Made by a program: the position numbers and the translations under genes
The notes under the pieces: model-generated
Database searches by the model: none
The model's input: the letters and a program-made list of their open reading frames with translations, nothing else
What the model was told of the DNA's origin: nothing
From: Candidatus Hadarchaeota archaeon
GTDB taxonomy: Archaea; Hadarchaeota; Hadarchaeia; Hadarchaeales; Hadarchaeaceae
DNA length: 51,667 bases
Assembly: GCA_964345105.1 (NCBI GenBank)
Contig: CAYFPZ010000010.1
Location: 1-51,667, forward strand
Reading direction: 5' to 3'
Shown here: positions 35,714 to 45,646 of the stretch, piece by piece
How positions within the stretch are numbered: the stretch's first letter is position 1
How the letters are laid out: each line of letters begins with the position of its first letter

Positions 35714-37819
35714 ATGGTAAAATTTCGATATGACGGATTTTACATAGATGATGAGAGAATTCCTGTTTATAGTGGGGCTGTACACTACTGGAGGTTGGAC
35801 CCTAAAAAATGGGGGGAAATTCTGGACAAAGTCAAAGGAATGGGCTTTGAGGTAGTTACAACTTACATACCGTGGGAGATTCACGAAGTTAAGAAAGGCG
35901 TGTTCGATTTTGGGGAGAAGGAATCAAGTAAAGACATCGACAAGTACCTGACAATATGTGAAGAGAAAGGGTTGAAGGTGTTGGTCAGGCCCGGACCCCA
36001 AATAAACTCCGAACTGACATGGTTTGGATATCCTAAACGGATTTTGGAAGATTCCGAAATTCAAGCTAGAAGTGCCCAGAATACAAAAGTCGTGCTTACC
36101 CAAGTGCCCCGACCGATACCCGCGTTGAGTTACGCTTCAGAAAAGTTCTTCAAGGAGACAGCAGAGTGGTACGATGCCATTTGTTCCATCTTAAGAAAAC
36201 ACAAGGCCCCCCAAGGTTGTATAATGGGAGTACAGGTAGACAACGAATTGGGGTACTTTTTCCACATCAACCCGTATGTAGTTGATTACAGTAATTCCTC
36301 AATAAAAAAATACCAAGAGTTCCTGAGGGAAAAATATCAGACCATAGAAAACCTGAACGGTTTATATAAAACTAATTATGAATCATTCGAAAAGATAGAC
36401 CCGCCTAGAAGGTTCGAAGGCAGGAAAAAAGAAGAACTTCCGTACTACATAGACTGGATCGAATATCGGGAACATTACCTCATCAATTCACTCGATAGAT
36501 TAACGGGAATGATGAGGGAAAGAGGTTTAGATGATGTGCCAATCTTCCATAATTATCCTCATCCTCTTGGCCCTGGAGGATCGGTCGGTGCTACCACTAC
36601 CCCGTTTAACCTCCCAGAGTTGGAAAGCAAGTTGGATTTTGTCGGGTTCGACATATATTCCAGAAAAGAACTTTATGACCATGTCAAAACCATTGTTTCC
36701 TATGTCGTGGGATGCAGTAGATTTCCATTCATTCCTGAGTTTATAGCAGGGGTATGGCCTTGGTACTTCCGACCGGGCGAGCTAAATGACGAAGAATTCG
36801 TGACAAAAGCAGCATTGATGCACGGGATAAAAGGGTTCAGCAGATACATGATAGTGGAGAGGAACAGGTGGATGGGGTCTCCGGTAACGAGAGACGGACG
36901 GATAAGGGAGGATCGTTACAAATTTTTCAAACGCGTTAATGGAATTCTGAAAGAACACAATTTTGCAGATTTTAAGAAAATGAGTGAAATAATGTTAATT
37001 TCTAATAGAGACTATGATCGGCTGGAGGCAGCATCGGTTTTGATACCATTTCCTGGAGATTTTCTTGAGCCTCTTCTGGGCTTTTCTGAATATCCCAACT
37101 TCAGCACTGTTTCAGAGAACGACTTCGGATTTGATAAGTCCATACAACTTTCTAAGACGAAGTGGTTCAACGCCTACTATCGGGGACTGACTGAACAGGG
37201 ATATTCTTTTGTTTTAGGCGATACCTCTTTGAGCATGGACAAACTAAAGGAGTACAAAGTTTTAGTTTTGGCTTCATTTGAATACATGACTTCTGGTTTT
37301 CAGGAGAATCTACTGGAGTTCGCAAGAGATGGTGGGGGGATAGTGATGCTTGGGCCAAAGATTCCTAACTTGGATGAGCACTTCCGTTATGCGAACATAC
37401 TAAAGAAACACCTATCGCCGGAGAAAAGTTTTGGAATCGCCTTAGGCGAGAAAACTGTGGGAGTTAAGCACGAAGTCGGGAAAGGCAGCATGATTCATCT
37501 GCCAGAACTTGATAAAAGGGAACCTGGAAGGATTCTAGGTCGGATATTGGAAGATGCTTTTGTTTGGAGAGTAGAGAAAAACAATCCGAGGATTGATGTA
37601 ACAATCCACGAAAACATCAAAGAGCCTGAACGCAGACTCGTTTTCGTTGCAAATCCAACTTCCGACAAAATCCCAACAGAAATTGGATTAGATAAGATTC
37701 CAGTATCTGTTAGGGAGATCTGGGATAACAAGGCCGTGGAAATCAAGGATGGTAACATTGTTGATGAGTTGTCCCCGTACACAATCAGGATATATGAGTG
37801 TGTATTGGGGGGAGGATAG
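35714..37819 (+). CDS. Glycoside hydrolase family 35 (beta-galactosidase / archaeal exo-beta-D-glucosaminidase GlmA-like)
   Basis: SGAVHYWRL...W...L.KVKGMGFEVVTTYIPWEIHE..KGVFDF...GLKVLVRPGPQI and VQVDNELGY match the GH35 N-terminal TIM-barrel pattern. ATG at 35714. Confidence 0.8.
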   Translation: MVKFRYDGFYIDDERIPVYSGAVHYWRLDPKKWGEILDKVKGMGFEVVTTYIPWEIHEVKKGVFDFGEKESSKDIDKYLTICEEKGLKVLVRPGPQINSELTWFGYPKRILEDSEIQARSAQNTKVVLTQVPRPIPALSYASEKFFKETAEWYDAICSILRKHKAPQGCIMGVQVDNELGYFFHINPYVVDYSNSSIKKYQEFLREKYQTIENLNGLYKTNYESFEKIDPPRRFEGRKKEELPYYIDWIEYREHYLINSLDRLTGMMRERGLDDVPIFHNYPHPLGPGGSVGATTTPFNLPELESKLDFVGFDIYSRKELYDHVKTIVSYVVGCSRFPFIPEFIAGVWPWYFRPGELNDEEFVTKAALMHGIKGFSRYMIVERNRWMGSPVTRDGRIREDRYKFFKRVNGILKEHNFADFKKMSEIMLISNRDYDRLEAASVLIPFPGDFLEPLLGFSEYPNFSTVSENDFGFDKSIQLSKTKWFNAYYRGLTEQGYSFVLGDTSLSMDKLKEYKVLVLASFEYMTSGFQENLLEFARDGGGIVMLGPKIPNLDEHFRYANILKKHLSPEKSFGIALGEKTVGVKHEVGKGSMIHLPELDKREPGRILGRILEDAFVWRVEKNNPRIDVTIHENIKEPERRLVFVANPTSDKIPTEIGLDKIPVSVREIWDNKAVEIKDGNIVDELSPYTIRIYECVLGGG

Positions 37820-37820
37820 C

Positions 37821-38618
37821 ATGTTGCACGAGAATCCACTGATGATTGATATAGATGTCGACCAATGGCGGAATCTGCACGAGAGGTTTCTAGAGTCCGC
37901 GAAGGAAAAAAGAAGAATAATTGTAATACATGAAGACGGAGAGATATTGAAGTTTGTCCATTCTAACGGAGAGGACGTCATCAAGACCATCAATAAGGTC
38001 ATAAATCCCCAGATAGATGCCAAAAGGATTTACGAAGATAATAAGGAAAAAGCTGACTTCGTGCTAATGCTTGATCGAAAAGCCGTAGAAAGGTTTTTCG
38101 CGGAAATCCAAGACTCTTGGAGCGCTAGTGAGGATTTGGATGAATATGTTTACAGGATGTACTTGAAACTTGACGAGTACAAGGATGAGATAGTTACCTA
38201 CCCTGGGCCAGCTAGGAAAAATCTCGGATTGCGATGGAGGCTACCAATAAGTTATCCTCAAGTTAAAGAGCTTGTTCAAAGGTATATCCCCCCCAACTCA
38301 GTGGTCATAGTTGGCGTTTTTGAAAACAGCAATTTAATTTGGGGAAGCCTAGTGTTGGGGTTTGATGAAAAAAGAAAAATAAAGCTGATTACTACAATAG
38401 ACAAGTCCCAAGTTATACGGGATTGGAGGGAAGAATACAAACAATTTGTAAAGTGGGTGGAAGAGAAATTCTGGAAATGCTCGCTTGGTCTTTTCATGGA
38501 CAGAGGCAGCGTTGAAATGATATTGGAAAGTGACAGGAGGTTGAATACTATCCGGGATTTAATCAGAGCGGGTAAGTTGATAGCTTATCCAGTTCCCGAA
38601 ACCCTACAACTTGGTTAA
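37821..38618 (+). CDS. Hypothetical protein (265 aa), translationally coupled to the GH35 gene
   Basis: ATG 1 nt after the GH35 stop, with GGAGG upstream. Charged, soluble-looking, no recognisable domain. Confidence 0.5.
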   Translation: MLHENPLMIDIDVDQWRNLHERFLESAKEKRRIIVIHEDGEILKFVHSNGEDVIKTINKVINPQIDAKRIYEDNKEKADFVLMLDRKAVERFFAEIQDSWSASEDLDEYVYRMYLKLDEYKDEIVTYPGPARKNLGLRWRLPISYPQVKELVQRYIPPNSVVIVGVFENSNLIWGSLVLGFDEKRKIKLITTIDKSQVIRDWREEYKQFVKWVEEKFWKCSLGLFMDRGSVEMILESDRRLNTIRDLIRAGKLIAYPVPETLQLG

Positions 38619-38678
38619 ATTTAAATTCTATCAGTTAGAAATACAATCCTCTTGGTTAGGTTAACCCTTGAAATTTTT

Positions 38679-39662
38679 TCACCTTTTAAAAAACTTCGCC
38701 ATCTCTTTTAACGACCGTCTCTCTTTTTGTTGTATGGACCTGATGGACAGTGCTCCTACCAAGATCATTCCCATGAAGATGTTCTGGTAAGCTGGCTCCA
38801 ACCCTAGCAAGTTTACGCCGTTAATTATGGTGCTTAATACTAGACAACCTAGCGCTGTCCTGATAATCGACCCCCTCCCTCCGGTGAGGAGGGCTCCGCC
38901 AAGTATTGGAGCGGCGATAGCTGGCATCAGATAACCCTCCCCCATCAGCGGTCTCGCGGATAGTGATCTGCTGACCACTATCAATCCAGCAATACCAGCC
39001 ATTATACTGCTTATAATGAAAAGTGTGAATTTTACCCTCCTTGTGGGGATTCCCATCAAACCCGATGCTCTTTCGTTCCCCCCTGTTCCGTACACCCATC
39101 GACCGAATCTGGTATATCCCAAAATAATTCCAGCTAGTATGATCAATCCAATCATCCAGAATACGGCTGTGGCGATATCACCAACAAACCTACCATAAAA
39201 TATCTTTGGTATTAGATTATCCCTGAGTAGAACTGATCTATAGTTACTTATCAAGAAAACAATTCCTTGTATACCTACCAGCGTGCCTAAAGTCACAAGG
39301 AAGGACGGTATCCCCACTTTTACTGTGAAAAAACCATTGATGATGCCTACAGCAATCGCCGCAAGCAGACTGATGAGTATGATGTAAAACGTGTTGCTTG
39401 GGCTAGAAAGTGCTGCCACCATAGCGGAGAGTTCGAGCACCGAAATAAATGAAATATCTATCTCCCCCGCTACTAGCAAAAAGTGTATCCCTATTGCTAG
39501 AATAGCTAAGATACTCATGCTTTCAAATATTACTCTAAAATTTATTGGAGTGAAAAAATATGGACTTGAGAAAGAAAATAAAATAATTAGAGTAAAGATT
39601 ACCACTAGTAGAACAATACCATTTATGTCAAAAAGTGTTCGCTTCACGTCTATAATATCCAA
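38679..39662 (-). CDS. Sugar ABC transporter permease (RbsC/AraH-type)
   Basis: About 10 predicted TM segments and a monosaccharide-type (BPD_transp_2-like) architecture. Confidence 0.85.
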   Translation of the reverse strand: MDIIDVKRTLFDINGIVLLVVIFTLIILFSFSSPYFFTPINFRVIFESMSILAILAIGIHFLLVAGEIDISFISVLELSAMVAALSSPSNTFYIILISLLAAIAVGIINGFFTVKVGIPSFLVTLGTLVGIQGIVFLISNYRSVLLRDNLIPKIFYGRFVGDIATAVFWMIGLIILAGIILGYTRFGRWVYGTGGNERASGLMGIPTRRVKFTLFIISSIMAGIAGLIVVSRSLSARPLMGEGYLMPAIAAPILGGALLTGGRGSIIRTALGCLVLSTIINGVNLLGLEPAYQNIFMGMILVGALSIRSIQQKERRSLKEMAKFFKR

Positions 39663-39680
39663 AAGTTTTCCCTCCTTTCT

Positions 39681-40466
39681 TCACATATAACGGAGTATTT
39701 CTTCCTCTCTGAGGCCTTTTCCAGTTTTGGATTCGAAAGTTATTTCCCCAAGTTTGAGTATTATTAATCGGTCACATACTTGGATGGCATCTTCTAGGGC
39801 ATGGGTCACAAAAATCATAGGACAAATTTTTTTTGCTTTTTGAAAAAGAGTAAATAGTTTTCTTTTGGCTTTTTCCGACAGAGCTGTGGCTGGCTCGTCC
39901 AAGAGAAGGATTTTAGGGTTGAAGTACAAAGCCCTCATGACCGAAACTGCCTGTCTTTCCCCGCCAGAGAAATTGCTTATTTCTTCTCTAACGTTGAGGT
40001 GAAACCCCATCTTACTGAGGTACTTGTCGGTCTCCTCCCTCATCTTCTTGAAGTCTACGAAATTAACCAAACCACTCGCATATCTTTTAACAATTTCTTG
40101 TCCAATGAAGAAGTTTTCTGCTATACTTAACTGTTCAACCAAGGCTGACTCCTGATAAACACATTGTATACCTTCTCGGATAGCGTCTCTAGGGCTATTG
40201 AATTCTCTTTTTTTCCCCTCTAGGTAAATTTCGCCACTCGTGGGTTTGAGAGCTCCACGAATAATCTTAATCAAAGTAGATTTGCCGGCCCCGTTGTCCC
40301 CTATTATTCCTAGAATTTCTCCTTTTCTTAGCTCGATGCTTACACCCTTGAGGGCCTGAATTTGGCCAAAATTCTTTACTATGCTCCTGCATTCTAAGAT
40401 AACATCTGGGGCTGCGGGTTTCGTCAAGAAAGATTTTCCAGATTTTGAGGTGATAGCTCTAATCAT
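39681..40466 (-). CDS. ABC transporter ATP-binding protein (single NBD)
   Basis: Walker A GDNGAGKST, signature FSGGERQ, Walker B LLLDEPAT. Confidence 0.9.
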   Translation of the reverse strand: MIRAITSKSGKSFLTKPAAPDVILECRSIVKNFGQIQALKGVSIELRKGEILGIIGDNGAGKSTLIKIIRGALKPTSGEIYLEGKKREFNSPRDAIREGIQCVYQESALVEQLSIAENFFIGQEIVKRYASGLVNFVDFKKMREETDKYLSKMGFHLNVREEISNFSGGERQAVSVMRALYFNPKILLLDEPATALSEKAKRKLFTLFQKAKKICPMIFVTHALEDAIQVCDRLIILKLGEITFESKTGKGLREEEILRYM

Positions 40467-40513
40467 TCCTATTAATTTTATTCGTTCTTTATATTTAATT
40501 TAATGCTATAGAT

Positions 40514-40909
40514 TTATTGTAGTTTGAGAAATTGAGTCGGTTTACAAATTTTTGTTCGGGTGAACTCTCCAAGTTTTAGTAAATGGTCATCGGAAGTAAT
40601 CAAGTAATCCGCTTTACCTTCAAGAGCACATTCCAATAATTTGTTGTCTTCCGGATCTTGCTTGATCTTGAAAACTTTTTGAGTTGGCTTGACTTGAGAA
40701 GCTTTTATAAAAAGAGTTCGCACTTTCTCCTCAAACTCTCTATTAGCCTTCACGTTCCGCAAGATCAACTCTACTTCCTTGCGAAGTTGGGAAGAAAAAA
40801 TTAATTCATGCTTGTTCTCGAGGCAGAGTTCAATAATTCTTGCCGAAGCGCTTTTTTGATTAAAATAAGCCGCTATGAAAATATTTGTATCTAAGACCAA
40901 CTTCAACAA
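40514..40909 (-). CDS. PIN-domain protein (PIN_3-type putative toxin/RNase)
   Basis: LVLDTNIFIAA at the N-terminus and ADYLITSDDHLL near the C-terminus. Confidence 0.8.
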   Translation of the reverse strand: MLKLVLDTNIFIAAYFNQKSASARIIELCLENKHELIFSSQLRKEVELILRNVKANREFEEKVRTLFIKASQVKPTQKVFKIKQDPEDNKLLECALEGKADYLITSDDHLLKLGEFTRTKICKPTQFLKLQ

Positions 40910-40924
40910 TCTCCGCTCCTGAAA

Positions 40925-41515
40925 TCACAGCACGGCGTTAACGAGTTTCCTTATCTGGGCTTGAACTTCGTCGCGTGAACGCGTGCCATCAACTATTTTT
41001 AGTCTCTTCCGCCTAGCGATACGCAGGTAATTTTGACGCACCCTTTGTTGAAGCCGCAGGTTTCTTTCAAACTCATCGAGTCTGCGTGATGACTTGATTC
41101 GGGCAAACGCAATATCAACGGGCACATCGATTAGGATTCCCAAGTCTGGCATGAGCGCATGTTTGTTGATTGAATTTATCCAGTTCATCGACAATCCTCG
41201 CGCCGACTGATATGCGAGCGACGAGCCAACGTACCGTTCGTTCAGCACCACCTTACCAGTCTTGAGGGCGGGCTTGATAACGTCCGAGATATGTTGTGCC
41301 CTGTCGGCGGCGAACAACAGTGCTTCGGCAGCGATGGGTAGCTTAAGCTCTCCCATCAAGACGCGTTTGATTATTCTCCCGATTGCGCCATTCGTCGGTT
41401 CGTCTGTGATGACTACCTTGCGGCCATGAGAGCGGAGCCATTTCGTTAGCAATTTAACGTGGGTGCTCTTGCCACAACCGTCGATCCCCTCGATTGAGAT
41501 AAACTTTCCTTTCAT
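40925..41515 (-). CDS. tmk: Thymidylate kinase
   Basis: FISIEGIDGCGKST P-loop and DRY-like region. Confidence 0.9.
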   Translation of the reverse strand: MKGKFISIEGIDGCGKSTHVKLLTKWLRSHGRKVVITDEPTNGAIGRIIKRVLMGELKLPIAAEALLFAADRAQHISDVIKPALKTGKVVLNERYVGSSLAYQSARGLSMNWINSINKHALMPDLGILIDVPVDIAFARIKSSRRLDEFERNLRLQQRVRQNYLRIARRKRLKIVDGTRSRDEVQAQIRKLVNAVL

Positions 41516-41561
41516 GTTTGCACCAGAGTCCCTACCGTCGATAGACCTATGTAGCTATCGG

Positions 41562-42734
41562 TCAGCCTGAGGGGATGGGCAGACACAGCAGAAAAACGAT
41601 GAAGGTAGCTACAGCGAGCGATTTCTGACGCTTCGACAATTTTGAAACATCGTCGAGTGCTCCCATGTGGTATCCTCTGAAAAGGAGGAGGATGAGGAAG
41701 CCGAATATCCAGAGGGGGAGCTCAGGTAAAAAGAGGCCGAAGAGGAGGAGGCCGAAACCAAGCATGCGAGTGAGTTCGTAGTGCCGCTCCCGACTCATCA
41801 GCCCCCGCGCGACGTGCCCACCGTCAAGCTGTCCAGCAGGGAGCAAGTTGAACATCGTCACTAGAAGCACCACCCATCCTGCGAATGCGAGTGGGTTGAT
41901 ACTCATAGCAGCCGGCACATAGCCGAAAGCAAGTGCCTGCAGCACGGCAAATATAGCTGGCGTAAACAAAAGAGAGAGCCCTTCATCAGGTTTTGACAGC
42001 ATTAGACCAACGGCGGTGAGTGGTAGGGCCACGATGAAACCCAACAGCGGCCCAGCCGCTCCCATTTCAACCAAAGCCTCCTTCGTCGGAAGGGGGCTTT
42101 TGATACGGATAACCGCACCGAGGGTACCAAGCACTGTTGGTGCTGGGATAAAATATGGCAAGGTCGACTCAACCCCGTTTCGCCAAGCCGCAATTTTGTG
42201 GCCGAGTTCATGCGTCCCCAGCATAAGCATTATCGCGCCGGAGAACAGGGCAGCATATAGGGTTCTGTCGAAAATCAAGAAGTAACCAGAAATTAAGAAG
42301 TAGCCAGCCAAGAAGGTCGTTAAGAAGGTCACACCCAAGAGGATCAAATTTATGCTGATCCTCCCCCTGCCAACGCGAGGGTACTTCATCATCATTAACC
42401 TGAGCTCGCCCTCACGTTTGCGCATCACGGGCAGATAGCCCCTCTGTTTGGCAGCGTCTAACAAGGAGCGAAATGATTGCTTCGGGTTGCGCGCGGTCAC
42501 CTCAAGTTCTACCCGCTCTTTTGAGGTGGCGAAGTCCGAAATCTCGAAATGTTTTGAAACGAGCTCCAGCAGTTCTGCCAGCCATTTGGGGGGCTCCTTG
42601 GCAACAACTTTTAAGTCCTTGCCGCATTTGGGACATTCATTTTGGACGAGTTCATCTACCTCTCGCGTAGACATCCGATAGTCGGAGTATTTGCAGCTGA
42701 TGCACTCAAACTTCGCGACCGGGAGTTTCTTCAT
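41562..42734 (-). CDS. Site-2 protease (M50) family membrane metalloprotease with an N-terminal zinc-ribbon domain
   Basis: HELGHKIAA (HExxH) in a TM helix, and the downstream NLLPAGQLDGGH motif. The N-terminus has CISC...CPKC. Confidence 0.8.
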   Translation of the reverse strand: MKKLPVAKFECISCKYSDYRMSTREVDELVQNECPKCGKDLKVVAKEPPKWLAELLELVSKHFEISDFATSKERVELEVTARNPKQSFRSLLDAAKQRGYLPVMRKREGELRLMMMKYPRVGRGRISINLILLGVTFLTTFLAGYFLISGYFLIFDRTLYAALFSGAIMLMLGTHELGHKIAAWRNGVESTLPYFIPAPTVLGTLGAVIRIKSPLPTKEALVEMGAAGPLLGFIVALPLTAVGLMLSKPDEGLSLLFTPAIFAVLQALAFGYVPAAMSINPLAFAGWVVLLVTMFNLLPAGQLDGGHVARGLMSRERHYELTRMLGFGLLLFGLFLPELPLWIFGFLILLLFRGYHMGALDDVSKLSKRQKSLAVATFIVFLLCLPIPSG

Positions 42735-42743
42735 TCCGTCTCC

Positions 42744-43307
42744 CTACTCTTTATATCCTTGCCATCGTTGATAGAGTTGATGTTCAACTCCAAGCACATC
42801 TAGAATTCGCCCGACTATGAAATTGACTAGGTCCGAGATGTTTTCTGGTTTGTGATAAAATGCGGGACAGGCGGGTAAAATAACCGCCCCAGCGTGTCGA
42901 AGCTTGGCCATATTTTCGAGGTGAATCGAATTGAACGGCGTCTCCCGCGGCACGAGCACGAGGGGACGATTTTGTTTTAGCGTGACATCAGCCGCCCGCG
43001 AGATGAGGTCAGCTGTCACCCCGCTTGCTATTGCCCCAAGAGTCTTCATGCTGCAGGGGGCAATCACCATTCCGTCCGTGCGATAGGAACCGCTGGCAGG
43101 AGGAGCTGCTAAATCTTCACTTGAGTAACTCCGCGTCGCCAGCTCTTGAAGTTCTTCAACGCTTTTTTCTAGTTCAAGTTTTACAATAATTTTAGCTGCG
43201 TTCGAAATGATGAAATCGACCTCTATTCCCAGCTGGTGGCAAATTTCTAGCAGCCTTGCGCCGTAAACCGCACCGCTAGATCCCGTGATAGCAACGATCA
43301 GATGCAT
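42744..43307 (-). CDS. ubiX: Flavin prenyltransferase UbiX
   Basis: IVAITGSSGAVYGARLLE, MVIAPCSMKTLGAIASG. Confidence 0.85.
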   Translation of the reverse strand: MHLIVAITGSSGAVYGARLLEICHQLGIEVDFIISNAAKIIVKLELEKSVEELQELATRSYSSEDLAAPPASGSYRTDGMVIAPCSMKTLGAIASGVTADLISRAADVTLKQNRPLVLVPRETPFNSIHLENMAKLRHAGAVILPACPAFYHKPENISDLVNFIVGRILDVLGVEHQLYQRWQGYKE

Positions 43308-43345
43308 GGGTTTCCCAAACCGTGTTCTCTTGAGGGGACAAGGTT

Positions 43346-44476
43346 TTAAGCAATTTCCTTCACTTTGGTGACAACGGCGTCCCCGACCTCGGAGGTACTG
43401 GATTTGCCGCCCAAATCATAGGTTCGGGCCTTGCCTTCTTTCAGTACATCAATAACCGCTCGCTCGATCTTATCCGCTACCCCCTCTTCTCCCAAGTGCT
43501 CGAGCATCATCTGCCCGGCCAAAATTGTAGCAAATGGGTTGGCGACGTTTTTTCCCGCGTGCTTAGGCGCGGAGCCGTGGATGGGCTCGAACATACTTAC
43601 TCCTTCAGGGTTGATGTTGCCTCCTGGAGCAAGCCCCAAGCCACCTTGGATCATGGCCCCCAAGTCTGTGATTATGTCGCCGAACATGTTGGGTGTGACA
43701 ACAACTTGGTACCATTCTGGATTTTTGATAAACCACATTGTGATAGCGTCAACAAATGCAAACTCGGTTTCGATTTCAGGATATTCTTTTGCCACCTGCT
43801 CGAACACCTCACGCCAGAGGCTGTAGACGTGCGTTAAAACGTTGGCTTTATCAACTGAAGTTATGCGTTTTTTGCCCTTCTTGCGAGCAAGCTCGAATGC
43901 ATAGCGAATGGCTCGCTCCGCCCCTTTGCGGCTTACCACACCTATCTGATATGCTAGCTCATCTCTGTCAACGTCGATATCTAGGCCAAATCTCACTTGA
44001 TAAATCGAGCGAAGCACCTCAAGCTTAGCTTTCGATTTACCTTTCGCACGTCCACCTATTCCAACGTAGAAATCCTCAGTGTTCTCGCGCACCACATAAA
44101 AATTGACATGCTCTGGCCCTTTGTTCTTGAGTGGACATGGCACACCGGGATAAAGTTTGATAGGGCGGAGGTTGATGTACTGTTCGAAGTAAAAGCGAAG
44201 CTTCAGCAAAATACCCTGCTCGAGCACACCTGTTTGCACGCGAGGGTCACCTAGAGCGCCGAGATATATGGCATCCATTTTTGAAAGCTTTTTTAGCTCG
44301 TCCTCCGACACGAGCTCCTCAGTCTTAAGGTATTGCTCAGCACCGTAGGGGAACTCGACGAACTCAAGCTTTAAGCCCTTTTTCGCCTCGGCTGCGGCGT
44401 TTAGTACTTTTACCCCTTCACGAATTACCTCTGGACCTATGCCGTCACCGGGAATTACAGCAATTTTGTACTTCAT
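43346..44476 (-). CDS. leuB: 3-isopropylmalate dehydrogenase (isocitrate/isopropylmalate/tartrate dehydrogenase family)
   Basis: [40 protein letters not shown]. Specificity is inferred from the leu/ilv context. Confidence 0.8.
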   Translation of the reverse strand: MKYKIAVIPGDGIGPEVIREGVKVLNAAAEAKKGLKLEFVEFPYGAEQYLKTEELVSEDELKKLSKMDAIYLGALGDPRVQTGVLEQGILLKLRFYFEQYINLRPIKLYPGVPCPLKNKGPEHVNFYVVRENTEDFYVGIGGRAKGKSKAKLEVLRSIYQVRFGLDIDVDRDELAYQIGVVSRKGAERAIRYAFELARKKGKKRITSVDKANVLTHVYSLWREVFEQVAKEYPEIETEFAFVDAITMWFIKNPEWYQVVVTPNMFGDIITDLGAMIQGGLGLAPGGNINPEGVSMFEPIHGSAPKHAGKNVANPFATILAGQMMLEHLGEEGVADKIERAVIDVLKEGKARTYDLGGKSSTSEVGDAVVTKVKEIA

Positions 44477-44545
44477 GCAACCACTCGCTGAAGCAATTAT
44501 TTTTATTCACTTGTCCACTTAAACTTAGACGTTTGAGGCGATGTA

Positions 44546-45115
44546 ATGGATTCGACACAACAATTCAAGTTAAATAATACATTCGCGTATATCGCGGCCA
44601 TCGTGCTTATCACCTGTTTCGTCTTGGTCTTCGCTTTCAGCATCTTACCAAACCTTCCAAACTACCCAAAACAACCAGATGAGTGGCGCTGGTACGCCAT
44701 ATCATGGAACCTCGGAGGCCCGCTGATGTTCATCATCATCTTTCGCATCCACACGCTACGTGTGCTTGGGGATGTTATTCGAAAAGGGCGAGCTGTACTG
44801 GGCGTAACGCTATGGGTAAAATTTTGGTTTGGCGTAGCCTTGTTTTTCGGTTTGATGACTTTCCCATTCGTGTTTCAAAATTATGTTGTTTATGGCGCGA
44901 TGTCAATTTATGCGAATGCTGGGGCGGTGCTCGTGATTGTCGCATGGCTTTCGTTGATAGCATCTACCATCGCTCTACTGCGGACTAGGTGCTCGAAAGC
45001 TATGCTGCCCTCAATCGAAAATGCGCGGGAAGTGCATCGAGTCTTACTCGCGCCCGCTTCCATCATTTTCTTCATTTTCACTGGGCTCTCATCTATTACA
45101 ATCTTGTTTCTGTAA
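44546..45115 (+). CDS. Hypothetical integral membrane protein
   Basis: 189 aa with five or six hydrophobic segments. Lies on the opposite strand inside the leu cluster. Confidence 0.45.
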   Translation: MDSTQQFKLNNTFAYIAAIVLITCFVLVFAFSILPNLPNYPKQPDEWRWYAISWNLGGPLMFIIIFRIHTLRVLGDVIRKGRAVLGVTLWVKFWFGVALFFGLMTFPFVFQNYVVYGAMSIYANAGAVLVIVAWLSLIASTIALLRTRCSKAMLPSIENAREVHRVLLAPASIIFFIFTGLSSITILFL

Positions 45116-45145
45116 CCGCAGATCAGGCGTCTTAAAGCTAGTTGA

Positions 45146-45646
45146 TCAACGTTTAAGGGTCCGCTTCAGATGAGGAAGCAGACCTCCAGCTTGGATTATT
45201 TTAAGAACGAAGCTAGGCAGTGGTTCTGCCTTGAATACCTTGCCAGTCCTTAGATTACGCACCACGCCCTCTTGAAAGTCGACTTTTGCTGTGTCGCCCG
45301 ACTTGAAACCCTTGTGCACGTTGGGGCATGTCAATACATTCAAACCTTGATTAATGGAGTTGCGGTAAAAAATCCGGGCGAACGACTCGGCCACTATTGC
45401 CGAAATACCAGCAGCCTTTAACGCAATTGGTGCTTCCTCTCTGCTGGAACCACACCCAAAGTTCCGCCCAGCAATGATAACATCGCCCTTGGCCACTTTA
45501 GACGAGAAACTTGGATCAATATTTTCCATCACATGCGAAGCCAGCCAATTTGGATCATGGGTTGCCTCAAACTTGGGTAGGTAGCGACCAGCGATTATAT
45601 CGTCTGTACTTATGTTATTGTTAAACACCCAAACGCGCGCCATCAT
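45146..45646 (-). CDS. leuD: 3-isopropylmalate dehydratase small subunit
   Basis: GRNFGCGSSREEAP motif. 4-nt overlap with leuC. Confidence 0.85.
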   Translation of the reverse strand: MMARVWVFNNNISTDDIIAGRYLPKFEATHDPNWLASHVMENIDPSFSSKVAKGDVIIAGRNFGCGSSREEAPIALKAAGISAIVAESFARIFYRNSINQGLNVLTCPNVHKGFKSGDTAKVDFQEGVVRNLRTGKVFKAEPLPSFVLKIIQAGGLLPHLKRTLKR

